Notes under the pieces: model-generated
What the model saw: the letters and a program-made list of their open reading frames with translations, nothing else
Databases searched by the model: none
What the model was told of the DNA's origin: nothing
In this document: piece after piece, positions 37,987-48,133 of the stretch
How the letters are laid out: each line of letters starts with the position of its first letter
Numbering within the stretch: the first letter of the stretch is position 1
Translations under genes and position numbers: made by a program
From: an uncultured Actinomycetes bacterium
GTDB lineage: Bacteria; Actinomycetota; Thermoleophilia; UBA2241
NCBI GenBank assembly: GCA_963767005.1
Contig: CAVYCN010000006.1
Span: forward strand, 128,001-192,000
Direction of reading: 5' to 3'
Length of the DNA: 64,000 bases

Positions 37987-38442
37987 TCAGTCGCGGGCGC
38001 GGACCGCACCGGCGTCGATCCCGGCGACGCGCTGCTCGTGGCGGCCGCCTTCGAAGGGCGTGGACAGCCACGCCGCGGTGATGGTCCAGGCCGCGGCCGG
38101 CTCGAGCAGCCGGGCGCCGAGGCACAGGACGTTGGCGTCGTTGTGGCGGCGCGAGAGCTCGGCCATCTCGACGGTGAGGCAGTCCGCGGCGCGCACGCCG
38201 GCGTGGCGGTTGGCCGCCATGCACATGCCGATGCCGCTGCCACACACGAGCAGCCCACGGTCGGCCTCGCCGCGGGCGACGCGGCCGGCGACGTCGTGGG
38301 CGAAGGTCGGGTAGTCGACCGACGCGTCGGAGCCAGTGCCGACGTCGACGACCTCGTACCCGGCGACCCGCAGCCGCTCGACCAGCTCGTCCTTGAGCAC
38401 GAAACCGGCGTGGTCGGCGCCGGCGGCGATCTTCACAGCCAT
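37987..38442 (-). CDS. rpiB: ribose-5-phosphate isomerase B
   Basis: [31 protein letters not shown]. Confidence 0.96.
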   Translation of the reverse strand: MAVKIAAGADHAGFVLKDELVERLRVAGYEVVDVGTGSDASVDYPTFAHDVAGRVARGEADRGLLVCGSGIGMCMAANRHAGVRAADCLTVEMAELSRRHNDANVLCLGARLLEPAAAWTITAAWLSTPFEGGRHEQRVAGIDAGAVRARD

Positions 38443-38646
38443 GATTCCCTTTCGTCGCTGTCGGTGCGGGCGCGGCGGGACGGTCGCGGACGGCGGCCGT
38501 CCCGCCGCGCCCGCACCCCCCGGCGATTCTACCAAACGGTCCGGCGGGCCGGCCCGAACCGGGCGCGCCGCTCGCGCAGTCCTTCGGCCGGCCGCGCCGA
38601 CCGCCGTGCGCCGCGACGGGCCGGGCCGTCGCGGCCGGGGCGGCGC

Positions 38647-39534
38647 CTAGAACGACAGCTCGCCGGTCATGACCGGCACCACCCCGCCGCCGACCAGCAC
38701 ATCGACGATGTGGTTGCCCTCGGTCGTGACCGACAGCGTGAGCCGGCTGGGGCGGCGCGCGTGCTGGCCCTGGGCCAGCACGCGCGCCGCCCCCGGCCCG
38801 AGCAGGCCCTCGCGCGACAGGTAGGCGGCGAGCGGCCCGGCCGCGCTGCCCGTGGCCGGGTCTTCGACGATGCCGGCGAGCGGCACGAAGCAGCGCGCCT
38901 CGGCGAAGGGCTCCTCGTCGCCGGTGAGCGCGAACGGGTAGAGCGGTGCGTAGCGGCGCTCGAACTCGGGCAGCAGGTTGAAGTTGAACCAGGCGCTCGC
39001 CAGCGTGCGCTGGTTGCGCAGCGGGATGATCGCGTAGCCCAGGCCGGTCGACACGACGCGCGGCACGAGCTCCTCGTCCAGGTCGCTCTCCTGCAGGCAG
39101 AGCGCGGCGGCCGCCTCGGCCCGCGGGATCTCCTCACCGAAGCCCGGGACGCCCTGATGGACGACGCCGGCCACGGCCTGGCCGTCGCGCACGGTGACGT
39201 CGACGACGGTGGGGCCGGCCTTGAGCTCGAGCGTGACCTCGGTGAGCGGCTCCTGCGCCGCGACGCGGCCGGTCGAGACGAGCGTGCAGGCGGTGCCGAT
39301 GCTCGGGTGGCCGGCGAAGGGCAGCTCGACGGCCGGCGTGAAGATGCGCACGCGGGCGTCGCCGCCCTCCGCCGGCGCCGTGACGAAGGTCGTCTCGGAC
39401 AGGTTCATCTCGGTGGCGATGCGCTGCATCTCCTCGTCGGCCAGGCCCTCGGCCTCGGGGAAGATGGCGAGCGGGTTGCCGGCCAGCGGCCCCTCGCTGA
39501 ACACGTCGACCTGGATCATGCGCAAGGTCTTCAC
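38647..39534 (-). CDS. PhzF family isomerase/epimerase
   Basis: VDVF...[32 protein letters not shown]. Confidence 0.94.
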   Translation of the reverse strand: MKTLRMIQVDVFSEGPLAGNPLAIFPEAEGLADEEMQRIATEMNLSETTFVTAPAEGGDARVRIFTPAVELPFAGHPSIGTACTLVSTGRVAAQEPLTEVTLELKAGPTVVDVTVRDGQAVAGVVHQGVPGFGEEIPRAEAAAALCLQESDLDEELVPRVVSTGLGYAIIPLRNQRTLASAWFNFNLLPEFERRYAPLYPFALTGDEEPFAEARCFVPLAGIVEDPATGSAAGPLAAYLSREGLLGPGAARVLAQGQHARRPSRLTLSVTTEGNHIVDVLVGGGVVPVMTGELSF

Positions 39535-40223
39535 GGGGCCATCCGTTCTTCGTCGCCGCCGAGCAGAGCCTCGATCTCGGCCGCCGCGACCGCCCCGGGG
39601 CGCAGGATGCGGTAGCCCAGGCCGGCCTCGTAGCCGCTGAGGTCGAGCACGCACGACGATACGCCAGCGGTCGGGCCCGCGTCGAGCAGCAGATCGCAGG
39701 CCGAGCGCAGCGCCGGCGCCACGCGCTCGAGGGCGGCCGGATCGTCGCCGCCGCTCGGGTTGGCCGACGAGGCGAGCAAAGGGAACGGCAGCCCGGCCAG
39801 CAGCCTCGCGCCTGTGGGCCAGGCGGGCACGCGCACGCCGAGCGTCGCCACGCGGCGCGGCGCGGCGCCCGAGGCGGCCGGCCACTCGGTCAGCGCCGGC
39901 GGCGGGCATCGGAGGCCCGGCGGGTAGGGCACGACCAGCGTGAACGGGCCGGGCAGCAGGCGGCCCAGGGCGGCGGCCAGGCGCGGGCCCGGCGCGAGCG
40001 CGGCCAGCAGCAGCTCGACGGTCGGGTAGACGACCTGGAGCGGCTTGTCGGCCGCCCTTCCCTTGACCCGGGCGATGACCGCCACCGTGGCCGCCGCGAC
40101 CGCACCGCCGATGCCGTAGACGGTGTCGGTCGGAAAGCAGACGAGCTCGGCGGCGGCCACCGCCGCGACGAGCCCCGCCGTGCCGGCCTCGTCGAGCGCG
40201 CGCAGGTCGACCGTACGGGTCAC
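39531..40223 (-). CDS. tsaC: threonylcarbamoyl-AMP synthase (TsaC/Sua5/YrdC)
   Basis: FPTDTVYG, KGR..DKPL, PGPFT, GVRVP, SSANPSG. Confidence 0.88.
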   Translation of the reverse strand: MTRTVDLRALDEAGTAGLVAAVAAAELVCFPTDTVYGIGGAVAAATVAVIARVKGRAADKPLQVVYPTVELLLAALAPGPRLAAALGRLLPGPFTLVVPYPPGLRCPPPALTEWPAASGAAPRRVATLGVRVPAWPTGARLLAGLPFPLLASSANPSGGDDPAALERVAPALRSACDLLLDAGPTAGVSSCVLDLSGYEAGLGYRILRPGAVAAAEIEALLGGDEERMAP

Positions 40224-40346
40224 GTGGCCGCGCTCCGCGTCAGGCGCACCGGCGCGCGCCGCGCCGAAGCGCGCCGCGCCGGTGCAGGGCACGCCGGCGC
40301 GGGCCACGCCGGCGCGGCCCGGGGTGCCCGGCGGCGCGGCGCCGGC

Positions 40347-41609
40347 TCACGGTGCGCCCCGCAGCTCGGCCGAGCGGGCGTGGGCGTGCAGGCCTTCGTC
40401 GCGGGCGATGGCCGCCACGGCCGGCGCCAGGGCCGCCGCCGCGGCCTGGTCGAGCTCGACCCAGCCCACCCGCTTGACGAAGTCGGCGACCGACAGCCCC
40501 TGGGAGAAGCGCGCCGTGCCGCCCGTCGGCAGCACGTGGTTGGTGCCGGCCGCGTAGTCGCCGAAGGCGGTGGCGGCGCGCGGGCCGACGAAGATCGCGC
40601 CCGCGCCCCGCACCTGGGGCACGAGCGCGGCCGCACCGGCCACATGGAGCTCGAGGTGCTCGGGCGCGAAGGCGTCGACCAGGCGCAGCGCCGCCGCGAC
40701 GTCGGGACAGGCGACGAGCGCGATACGCGCGGTCGGCAGGTCGAGCTCGGCGGCCAGGCGCTCGACGGCCGCGGCCACGCGGTCGCCCAGCGAGCCGCCG
40801 GCGTCGAGCAGCGCGGCCATCGCGCCGGAGCCGTGCTCGGCCTGGGCGAGCAGGTCGGCCGCCAGCCAGTCGACGTGGGCGTCGGCGTCGGCCACGATCA
40901 GCACCTCGCTGGGCCCGGCCAGGCCGTCGATGCGCACCTCGCCCATGACCTGGCGCTTGGCCTCGGTCACGTAGGCGTTGCCGGGCCCCACGATCACGTC
41001 GCAGCGCGGCACGACGGCGGTGCCGTAGGCCATGGCGGCCACCGCCTGGGCGCCGCCGATCGGGTAGAGGTCGGTCACGCCGAGCAGCGCGCAGGCGGCG
41101 GCGACGCCCGCGGCGACGCCGCCGCCCGCGCGCGGCGGCGAGCACACCACGACACGGTCGACCCCGGCGACCTGTGCCGGGATCGCCGTCATGAGCACCG
41201 ACGACGGGTAGTTCGCGAGGCCGCCCGGCACGTAGAGGCCGGCCACCGCCAGCGGCACGATCTCCTGCCCGACGATCTGGCCCTGGGCGAACGTCTCGCG
41301 CCAGGCGAGCGGTCGCTCGCGAGTATGGTAGGCGCGGATGTTGGCGGCGGCGAGCTCGAGGGCCGCGCGCAGCTCGGGAGCCGCGGCGTCGAGGGCGGCG
41401 CGCAGGTCGGCCGGCGCCACCCCGTAGCGAGCGGGCAGGTCGATGCCGTCGAGGCGCCGGGCGTGCTCGCGCACCGCCTCGTCACCGCGGGCACGCACGT
41501 CGGCGAGGATGCCGGCGACCGCCCGGGCGACGTCGGCCGCAAGCGCGGCGGGTGTGCGCAGCTCGGCCACGATCGCGGCCGGGTCGTCGTGCAGAGTCAG
41601 TCGCTTCAC
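40347..41609 (-). CDS. hisD: histidinol dehydrogenase
   Basis: GLYVPGG...YPSSVLM, GGAQAVAA, GPGNAYV, AGPSE, QAEH, APEHLE, GDY.AGTNHVLPT. Confidence 0.97.
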   Translation of the reverse strand: MKRLTLHDDPAAIVAELRTPAALAADVARAVAGILADVRARGDEAVREHARRLDGIDLPARYGVAPADLRAALDAAAPELRAALELAAANIRAYHTRERPLAWRETFAQGQIVGQEIVPLAVAGLYVPGGLANYPSSVLMTAIPAQVAGVDRVVVCSPPRAGGGVAAGVAAACALLGVTDLYPIGGAQAVAAMAYGTAVVPRCDVIVGPGNAYVTEAKRQVMGEVRIDGLAGPSEVLIVADADAHVDWLAADLLAQAEHGSGAMAALLDAGGSLGDRVAAAVERLAAELDLPTARIALVACPDVAAALRLVDAFAPEHLELHVAGAAALVPQVRGAGAIFVGPRAATAFGDYAAGTNHVLPTGGTARFSQGLSVADFVKRVGWVELDQAAAAALAPAVAAIARDEGLHAHARSAELRGAP

Positions 41610-42304
41610 GTGTCTCCCTTCGGCGCGGGCGCGGGCAGGTCCGGCAGCGTCGCGCGCAGGCGCGCGACCAGGGCGGCGAGCTCGGCGGCGCGCAGCACCC
41701 GCGCCGCGCGGCCGGCCACCAGGCGGACCGAGCTCTCGGTCACGACACCCTCGACGACGAGCTCGCCCATCGTGGTGGGCGCGCCGCCGACCGCGGGCGG
41801 GGCGAGCGCCACGACGGCGTCGGCGAGGCCGTCGGCGACGGCCCGTTCGAGCTCGCCGGCGACCTCGACCACGTCGGCCTGCAACCCGCGACCGGCGAGG
41901 AACGAGCGCGCGAGACGCGGGTGCCGCGTCGCCACGCGCAGCCGGCCCAGCCGCGACAGGCGCAGCGGTGCGCCGGGCGCGACCGCGTAGAGCAGCAGCG
42001 CCGCGCCGAAGCGCAGGTCGAGCAGCTCGCACAGGCCGGGCGCGCGCTCGAGCAGGACGTCCTTCGTGACCAGGCCGGCATCGGCCGCGCCGGCGACGAG
42101 GTAGGCGCACACGTCGTCGGCCGCCATCGTCGTCAGCGCCACATCGAGGGCGCCGGATCGGTCCGCAAGGTCGCCGGCCTCGCCGCTGGCAGCGACGACG
42201 GCGGGCGACGGCGCAGCCGGAACTCCGGTCACGCCGGCGGCGCCGAGCAGGGCGAGCGACGGCGCGGCGAGCGCGCCGTCGGGCACGGCCAGCCGCAGGC
42301 TCAT
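41606..42304 (-). CDS. hisG: ATP phosphoribosyltransferase, short form (divergent)
   Basis: ADAGLVTKDVLLE, ELLDLRFG, LRVATRHP, GLADAVV; lies between hisZ and hisD. Confidence 0.8.
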   Translation of the reverse strand: MSLRLAVPDGALAAPSLALLGAAGVTGVPAAPSPAVVAASGEAGDLADRSGALDVALTTMAADDVCAYLVAGAADAGLVTKDVLLERAPGLCELLDLRFGAALLLYAVAPGAPLRLSRLGRLRVATRHPRLARSFLAGRGLQADVVEVAGELERAVADGLADAVVALAPPAVGGAPTTMGELVVEGVVTESSVRLVAGRAARVLRAAELAALVARLRATLPDLPAPAPKGDT

Positions 42305-42317
42305 GGGCGTGACCGGC

Positions 42318-43514
42318 TCATCCCGCCCCCAGCGCGCGCAGCACGTCGCGCCACGAGCCACGGGTGACGCCGGCGGCCGTCTCGAGCACGAACTCGCCGT
42401 GCTCCTCGCGCAGCCGTGGCGCATCGGGACGCGCGTCGTCGGGCAGCGCGGCCACCGCCACCCCCAGGCGGCGCAGCTCGGCCACCCGGCGCGCGTCGTC
42501 GAGCCCGCCGGCGAAGGCGAGCGGTACCGGGAAGACCGGCGCGACGCCCTCGCCCTCGTCGACGAGCGCCTGGTGCAGCCGCTCGAGGTCGACGGCCACA
42601 CCGACGGCGGGCAGCGGCCAGTCGAAGGCCGCGAGCAGGTCGTCGTAGCGGCCGCCACAGGCGACCGGGAAACCGACGCCGGGGGCGTAGGCCTCGAGCA
42701 CCATGCCGGTGTAGTAGTCGATCTCGGGCAGCAGGCCGAAGTCAAAGCCGACGACGTCGCCGTAGCCGGCGTCGTCGGCGAGCTCCTGGATGGACACGAG
42801 GCGTTCGACGACGTCCTCCATGCCCTCACTGGCCGCCAGGCGGCGAGCGGCGGCCAGGGCGCCCTTGCCCGGCGACAGGTCGAGCGCGCGCTGCAGCATC
42901 TCGCGGCCGGCGGCGTCGACGCCGCGGTTGGCGACGATGCTCTCGAGCAGCGCGTAGTCGCGGTCGGCGAGGGCGTCGAAGAGGTCGTCGCCGTCGTCGG
43001 GCGTGAGGCCGAGGGCGGCCACGAGCTCGCGGTGAAAGGCGACGCTGCCGATCACCAGGCGAAAGCCGCGCAGGCCGGTGGCGGCGAGCGCGTCGCAGAG
43101 CAGCACGACGATCTCGGCGTCGGCGGCCGGCGCGGCCGAGCCGAGCAGCTCGGCGCCGAGCTGGACCGACTCGCCGGCGCGCCCGTTGCGGCTCGCCTCG
43201 GTGCGGTAGACCGGGCCTTCGTAGGCCAGGCGCAGCGGCAGCGACCGCTCGCGCAGGCGATCGGCGGCCACGCGCGCGACCGACGTGGTGAGGTCGGTAC
43301 GCAGCACGAGCGCGCGGCCGCGCTCGTCGTAGAGGTGGAAGCCCGAGGCCAGCAGGTCGACGCCGGTCCGCTCGACGGTCTCGGGGTACTCGAGCGCCGG
43401 CGGGCGCACCTCGCCGTAGCCATAGGCGTTGAAGCGCGCGAGCACAGTCTGCTCGATCGCGCGCAGCTCGGCCGCCTCGGTCGGCAGCACATCGCGCATG
43501 CCCTCGGGGATCAC
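42318..43514 (-). CDS. hisZ: ATP phosphoribosyltransferase regulatory subunit
   Basis: PEGMRDVL, LRTDLTTSVAR, QLGAELLG, DYYTG, GGRYDDLL. Confidence 0.95.
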   Translation of the reverse strand: MIPEGMRDVLPTEAAELRAIEQTVLARFNAYGYGEVRPPALEYPETVERTGVDLLASGFHLYDERGRALVLRTDLTTSVARVAADRLRERSLPLRLAYEGPVYRTEASRNGRAGESVQLGAELLGSAAPAADAEIVVLLCDALAATGLRGFRLVIGSVAFHRELVAALGLTPDDGDDLFDALADRDYALLESIVANRGVDAAGREMLQRALDLSPGKGALAAARRLAASEGMEDVVERLVSIQELADDAGYGDVVGFDFGLLPEIDYYTGMVLEAYAPGVGFPVACGGRYDDLLAAFDWPLPAVGVAVDLERLHQALVDEGEGVAPVFPVPLAFAGGLDDARRVAELRRLGVAVAALPDDARPDAPRLREEHGEFVLETAAGVTRGSWRDVLRALGAG

Positions 43515-43570
43515 GGCAGTCCGACCTCCGATCGTGTCGGCGCCGCCTTCGCGGCGCCCTTCGAGGACTC

Positions 43571-46500
43571 TTACCTGCCCACGCGCACGCAGCTCTCGCC
43601 GAGCAGGCTCTTGAGCTCGGCGTACAGGCCGCTCACCGGCTCGACCCGGTACCTGTTCCCCACCTTCAGGCGGTGCCGGCCCTGGGCCGTGGTCAACTGC
43701 AGCACCACCGGCACCTCGCCGGGGAAGGCGCCGAGGATCGACTTGAGCTCGTCGAGCAGCTCCATCTGCACCATCTCGGCGTTCAGCACGAGGGTGAGCG
43801 GCCGCGTCGCCGAGACACCGTCGAAGGGGCGGAGCTCGAGCGCGATCAGCTTGACGTCGTCTTCGCTCTTGCGGTCGAGGCGGCCGCGCACCAGCACGAT
43901 CGCGTCTTCGACGAGCAGGTCCTGGTACTGCTCGCAGATGCTGCCGAAGGCCACGACCTCGATGCCGCCGTCGACGTCGTCCAGGCGGAACACCGCCATG
44001 GTCGAGCCGCTGCGCGTCTGGCGCCGGGTGAGGCCCGACACGACCCCGCCGGTCCACACCGTCTGGCCGTCGCGCAGGTCGGCGAGCTGGCTCACCGTGG
44101 CGTCGATCTGGTCGCGGAGCTGGGCCCGCATGCCCTGCAGCGGGTGCGACGACACGTAGAGCCCGAGCGCCTCTTTTTCGAAGCGCAGCAGGACGTCGGC
44201 GTCGAACTCATCGGCGCCGATCGGCGGATGGTCGTTGGCGTCGCCGCCGTCGCCGCCGCCGTCGCCGGCCAGCACGTCGAACAGGCCGCCCTGGCCCTGG
44301 GCGCGGTCGCGGCGGCGGCGCTCGCCCCAGGCGACCGCCGCCGGCAGCGCCTCGAGCATGCCGCGCCGGGTGTCGCCGGTCGAGTCGAAGGCGCCGCTCT
44401 TGATGAGCGCCTCGAGCGTGCGCCGGTTGACGAGGGCCGAGTCGACGCGCGCGCAGAAGTCGTAGATCGAGCCGAACGGACCGTCGCCGCGCGCCGCGAT
44501 GATCGACTCGATGGCGCCGACCCCCACGCCCTTCACGGCGTTCAGGCCGAAGCGGATCTTGCCGCCCACCACGGTGAAGCCGACCTCGCTCTCGTTGACG
44601 CAAGGCGGTAGCACCTCGATGCCCATCTCGTGGCACTGGTTCACGTAGAACGGCACCTTGTCCTTGGTGTTCATGACGCTCGACACGACGGCCGCCATGT
44701 ACTCGACCGGGTAGTTGGCCTTGAGGAACGCGGTGCGGTAGCTGATGAGGGCGTAGCAGGCGGCGTGGCTCTTGTTGAACGAGTAGTCGCCGGTCGCCTC
44801 GAAGTTGCTCCACAGCTTGTTGCAGACGTTCTGCGGCAGGCCGTGCGCCCGCAGGCCCTCCATGAGCGGCTCGCGCAGCGTGGCCATGAGCTTCTTGTTC
44901 TTCTTGCTGATCGCCTTGCGCAGGTCATCGGCCTGAGCCGGCGAGAAGCCGCCCACCCGGCGCGCGATCGCCATGTACTGCTCCTGGTAGATCGTCACGC
45001 CGTAGGTGGACTCGAGGATCGGCCTCAGGGCCTCGTGGTCGTAGACGATGCCGCCGGGATCGTGCTTGTTGCGGGCGTAGGTCGGGATGTACTGCATGGG
45101 CCCCGGCCGGTAGAGGGCGACGATGGCGACGAGGTCGTCGAACTGTGTGGGGCCGATCTCGCGCAGGGCCTCTTTCATGCCGCTGCTCTCGAACTGGAAC
45201 GTGCCGGTCGAATCGCCGCGGGCCAGCATCTCGTAGGTCCTGGCGTCGTCGAGCGGCAACGTCGTCATGTCGATGCAGACACCCTGGCTGTGTTCGATCA
45301 GCTCGAGGGCGGCCTCGATGATGTCGAGGTTGCGCAGTCCCAGGAAGTCCATCTTGAGCAGGCCGAGCGAGGCGACGTCGTCCATGCCGAACTGCGTGAC
45401 GACCTCGGCGTCGCCCTTCTGCTGGAGCGGGATATACTCGGTGAGCGGCTCGTCGGAGATGACGACACCGGCGGCGTGGATCGAGTCGTTGCGGATGAGG
45501 CCCTCGAGCGCCATCGCGAGGTCGACCACCTGGCGGGTCTGCTCGTCGGAGTCGTAGGCGGTCTTGAGCTCGCTGCCGGCCACCATGGCCTGCTTGAAGG
45601 TCGCCGGCGGCGCCTGCTCGGGGATCATCTTGGCGATGCGGTCGCCGATGGCGTAGGGCAGGCCGAGCACGCGCGCCGCGTCACGCGTGGCGGCGCGCGC
45701 CGCGAGCGTGCCGAACGTGATGATCTGGGCCACGTGGTCGCGGCCGTACTTGCGCGCCACGTACTCGATCACCTCGTTGCGCCGCTCGACCGAGAAGTCC
45801 ATGTCGATGTCGGGCATCGACTTGCGACCCGGGTTCAGGAAGCGCTCGAACAGCAGGTCGAACTTGAGCGGGTCGATGTCGGTGATGCCGAGCGCGTACG
45901 ACACGAGGCTGCCGGCCGCCGAGCCGCGCCCCGGACCCACCGCGATGCCGGAGTCCTTGGCGAACTTGACGAAGTCCCAGACGATCAGGAAGTAGGCGGA
46001 AAAGCCCATCTCGCGGATCGTCGAGAGCTCGAACTCGAGGCGCTCGCGCACCTCGGGTGAGTCGGCGGCCGTGCCGTAGCGGTGGCGCACGCCCGCTTCG
46101 CACAGGCGGCGCAGCTCGTCGTCTTCGGAGTGCCCGCCGTCGACCGGGTAGCGCGGCAGCAGCAGGCGGCCGAACTCGATCTCCAGGTCGCAGCGCTCGG
46201 CGATCTCGAGGGTGCTGTCGCAGGCCTCGGGGTAGTCGGCGAAGAGCTCACGCATCTCGTCGGCGGTCTTGAGATAGAACTCCTGGGTCGACATGCGCGG
46301 CGCCTGGCGCGGCTCGTCCAACTGGCACTGCGTCTGGATGCAGACGAGGGCGTCCTGGGCGCGGGCGTCTTCGTGGCGCAGGTAGTGGACGTCGTTGGTG
46401 GCCACCGTCTTCAGCCCCGCCTGGCGGGCCAGCAGGGCCAGGCGCGGCACGAGCTCGCGCTGCTCGGCGATGCCCTCGTCCTGGAGCTCGACGTAGACGT

Positions 46501-47005
46501 TGTCGCGGCCGAACAGGCCGGTGAGGCGCTCGACCTCGGCCAGGGCCTCGGCGTCGTTGCCCTCGCGTAGCAGCATCGAGGCGCGGCCGCTCATGCAGCC
46601 GGTCAGGCAGATCAGGCCCTCGCCCCAGCGCTCGAGCAGCTCCCAGTCGGCGCGCGGCTTGTAGTAGTAGCCCTCGAGGTAGGCGGCGGTGCCGATCTTG
46701 ATGAGGTTGCTGTAGCCCCGGGCGTTGCGCGCCAGCATGGTGAGGTGGGCGTAGCGCTCCTTCATGCCGGCGCGCCCGTGGCGGTCGTTCACCACGTAGA
46801 GCTCAAGGCCGACGATCGGCTTGACGCCCGTCTCGCGGGCGGCCTTGTAGAACTGCACGGCGCCCGACAGCGAGCCGTGGTCGGTGAGCGCGACCGCGGG
46901 CATGCCGAGCTCTTTCACGCGCTCGACGAGCGGCCGCACGCGGCAGGCGCCGTCGAGGAGTGAGTACTCGCTGTGAACGTGGAGGTGGACGAAGTTCTGA
47001 TCCAT
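43571..47005 (-). CDS. dnaE: DNA polymerase III alpha subunit
   Basis: PHP motif HLHVHSEYSLLDG, GRGSAAGS, MPDIDMDF, KMDFLGL, FNKSH. Confidence 0.99.
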   Translation of the reverse strand: MDQNFVHLHVHSEYSLLDGACRVRPLVERVKELGMPAVALTDHGSLSGAVQFYKAARETGVKPIVGLELYVVNDRHGRAGMKERYAHLTMLARNARGYSNLIKIGTAAYLEGYYYKPRADWELLERWGEGLICLTGCMSGRASMLLREGNDAEALAEVERLTGLFGRDNVYVELQDEGIAEQRELVPRLALLARQAGLKTVATNDVHYLRHEDARAQDALVCIQTQCQLDEPRQAPRMSTQEFYLKTADEMRELFADYPEACDSTLEIAERCDLEIEFGRLLLPRYPVDGGHSEDDELRRLCEAGVRHRYGTAADSPEVRERLEFELSTIREMGFSAYFLIVWDFVKFAKDSGIAVGPGRGSAAGSLVSYALGITDIDPLKFDLLFERFLNPGRKSMPDIDMDFSVERRNEVIEYVARKYGRDHVAQIITFGTLAARAATRDAARVLGLPYAIGDRIAKMIPEQAPPATFKQAMVAGSELKTAYDSDEQTRQVVDLAMALEGLIRNDSIHAAGVVISDEPLTEYIPLQQKGDAEVVTQFGMDDVASLGLLKMDFLGLRNLDIIEAALELIEHSQGVCIDMTTLPLDDARTYEMLARGDSTGTFQFESSGMKEALREIGPTQFDDLVAIVALYRPGPMQYIPTYARNKHDPGGIVYDHEALRPILESTYGVTIYQEQYMAIARRVGGFSPAQADDLRKAISKKNKKLMATLREPLMEGLRAHGLPQNVCNKLWSNFEATGDYSFNKSHAACYALISYRTAFLKANYPVEYMAAVVSSVMNTKDKVPFYVNQCHEMGIEVLPPCVNESEVGFTVVGGKIRFGLNAVKGVGVGAIESIIAARGDGPFGSIYDFCARVDSALVNRRTLEALIKSGAFDSTGDTRRGMLEALPAAVAWGERRRRDRAQGQGGLFDVLAGDGGGDGGDANDHPPIGADEFDADVLLRFEKEALGLYVSSHPLQGMRAQLRDQIDATVSQLADLRDGQTVWTGGVVSGLTRRQTRSGSTMAVFRLDDVDGGIEVVAFGSICEQYQDLLVEDAIVLVRGRLDRKSEDDVKLIALELRPFDGVSATRPLTLVLNAEMVQMELLDELKSILGAFPGEVPVVLQLTTAQGRHRLKVGNRYRVEPVSGLYAELKSLLGESCVRVGR

Positions 47006-47205
47006 CGTGGCCGCCTGATTCTACCCGGCGGCGGCGGTGGTGGTCTATGTCGGCGGTCGCCGGCGCGGCCGGACGAGAGCGCTTTCGTCAGTCGTTGACC
47101 GGGCCGAGCGAGGACATCGCCCAGAGGAAGACGGGCCAGAGAATCACCACGAGCACGCAGGCGACCACCGTTGGGAGCTCTCTTCGCCGAAGGTCGGCCT
47201 GCCCC

Positions 47206-47640
47206 TCACGCGCCGGCCTTCGCGTCGGCGCGACGCCGCCGCCGGGCGAGGACGACGCTGATCCATCCAGGACCGATCAGGTAGAGTCCCGCGTACCCCG
47301 CCCACTCGATCGGCGTCGACCAGCGCTCGTTCGCGAATGCGCCGAGGATGACCCAGACGAGCGGGACCGCAACGAAGAGCTCGCACGTAACGCGGATCCA
47401 CGTCAGCACTCCCGTCCTGTGGCGGAGCACGGCGATCATCGCGTCGAGGTACGCAACCGCGACCACCGTCCCCGCGACAGTTTCCGCGGTCGCCACGAAC
47501 AGGCTGAGGAGATCATCGGGCGCGGTGCTCCAATCGTGGAGGCCCACCCGCACGAAAGCCAGGCCTGCAATCCCCACGAGCAGCGCCGGCGAGACGAGCC
47601 AAGTCGCCGGGTCGCGCACCCGAGCCCTGAGGTCGATCAC
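47206..47640 (-). CDS. hypothetical multi-pass membrane protein (possibly frameshifted at the 3' end)
   Basis: Four hydrophobic segments; GGAGG RBS before GTG 47640. Confidence 0.6.
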   Translation of the reverse strand: MIDLRARVRDPATWLVSPALLVGIAGLAFVRVGLHDWSTAPDDLLSLFVATAETVAGTVVAVAYLDAMIAVLRHRTGVLTWIRVTCELFVAVPLVWVILGAFANERWSTPIEWAGYAGLYLIGPGWISVVLARRRRRADAKAGA

Positions 47641-47805
47641 CCGCTCCTCCGGTCAAGGTGAACCGCAACGCGTGGGGCACGTCCCATTCGTCGGCGGCGC
47701 ACGTGGTTGAGCCCATACGAACATAGTGCGCGAATGTTAGCTGCGGATGAGCGGTTGTTCCGATGCGAGCGCAGGTTCGTTCGCTCAGCGGACGGAGGAT
47801 AATGA

Positions 47806-47844
47806 TGGTTGTCACTTGACAACCAGCGCTCCTCTGCCGATAGT
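47806..47844 (+). promoter_or_regulatory. promoter with palindromic operator for the predicted TA pair
   Basis: TTGACA (47816-47821), 17 bp, GATAGT (47839-47844); perfect inverted repeat TGGTTGTCA-CT-TGACAACCA (47806-47825) covers the -35. Confidence 0.75.
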
Positions 47845-47866
47845 CAGAGAGAGAGGAGCAGGACAA

Positions 47867-48130
47867 ACGCGAAGGCGGCATCCCAGTGCACCGATCGAAG
47901 AGGCGCTCAGATACGCAGAGGAGCACGGCTGGCGCGTGGAGCCGGGCCGTCCGCGAGCGCACGCCTGGGGCAAGATGTTCTGTCCTCACAACGACCCCGA
48001 ATGCCGCTGCCGGGAGTTCTGCATCACGTCCATCTGGGGCACGCCGAAGAGCCCCGAGAGCCACGCCCGGCAGATCGGACGGGTCGTCGACGGCTGCACC
48101 GGACGAGCGGCGTTCGACGATGAGGAGTAG
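47867..48130 (+). CDS. small Cys-rich HicA-like predicted toxin; apparent ACG start
   Basis: RHP..PIEEALRYAEEHGWRVE...HAWGKMFCP...C.C..FC..SIWGTP; GAGGAG RBS upstream of in-frame ACG; directly precedes a HicB-like/HTH gene. Confidence 0.6.
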   Translation, partial: TRRRHPSAPIEEALRYAEEHGWRVEPGRPRAHAWGKMFCPHNDPECRCREFCITSIWGTPKSPESHARQIGRVVDGCTGRAAFDDEE

Positions 48131-48133
48131 GCC

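Noticed and set aside
38647-39534. PhzF gene as a sign of a phenazine biosynthetic cluster
   Set aside because: No other phz genes are present; stand-alone PhzF-like isomerases are common.
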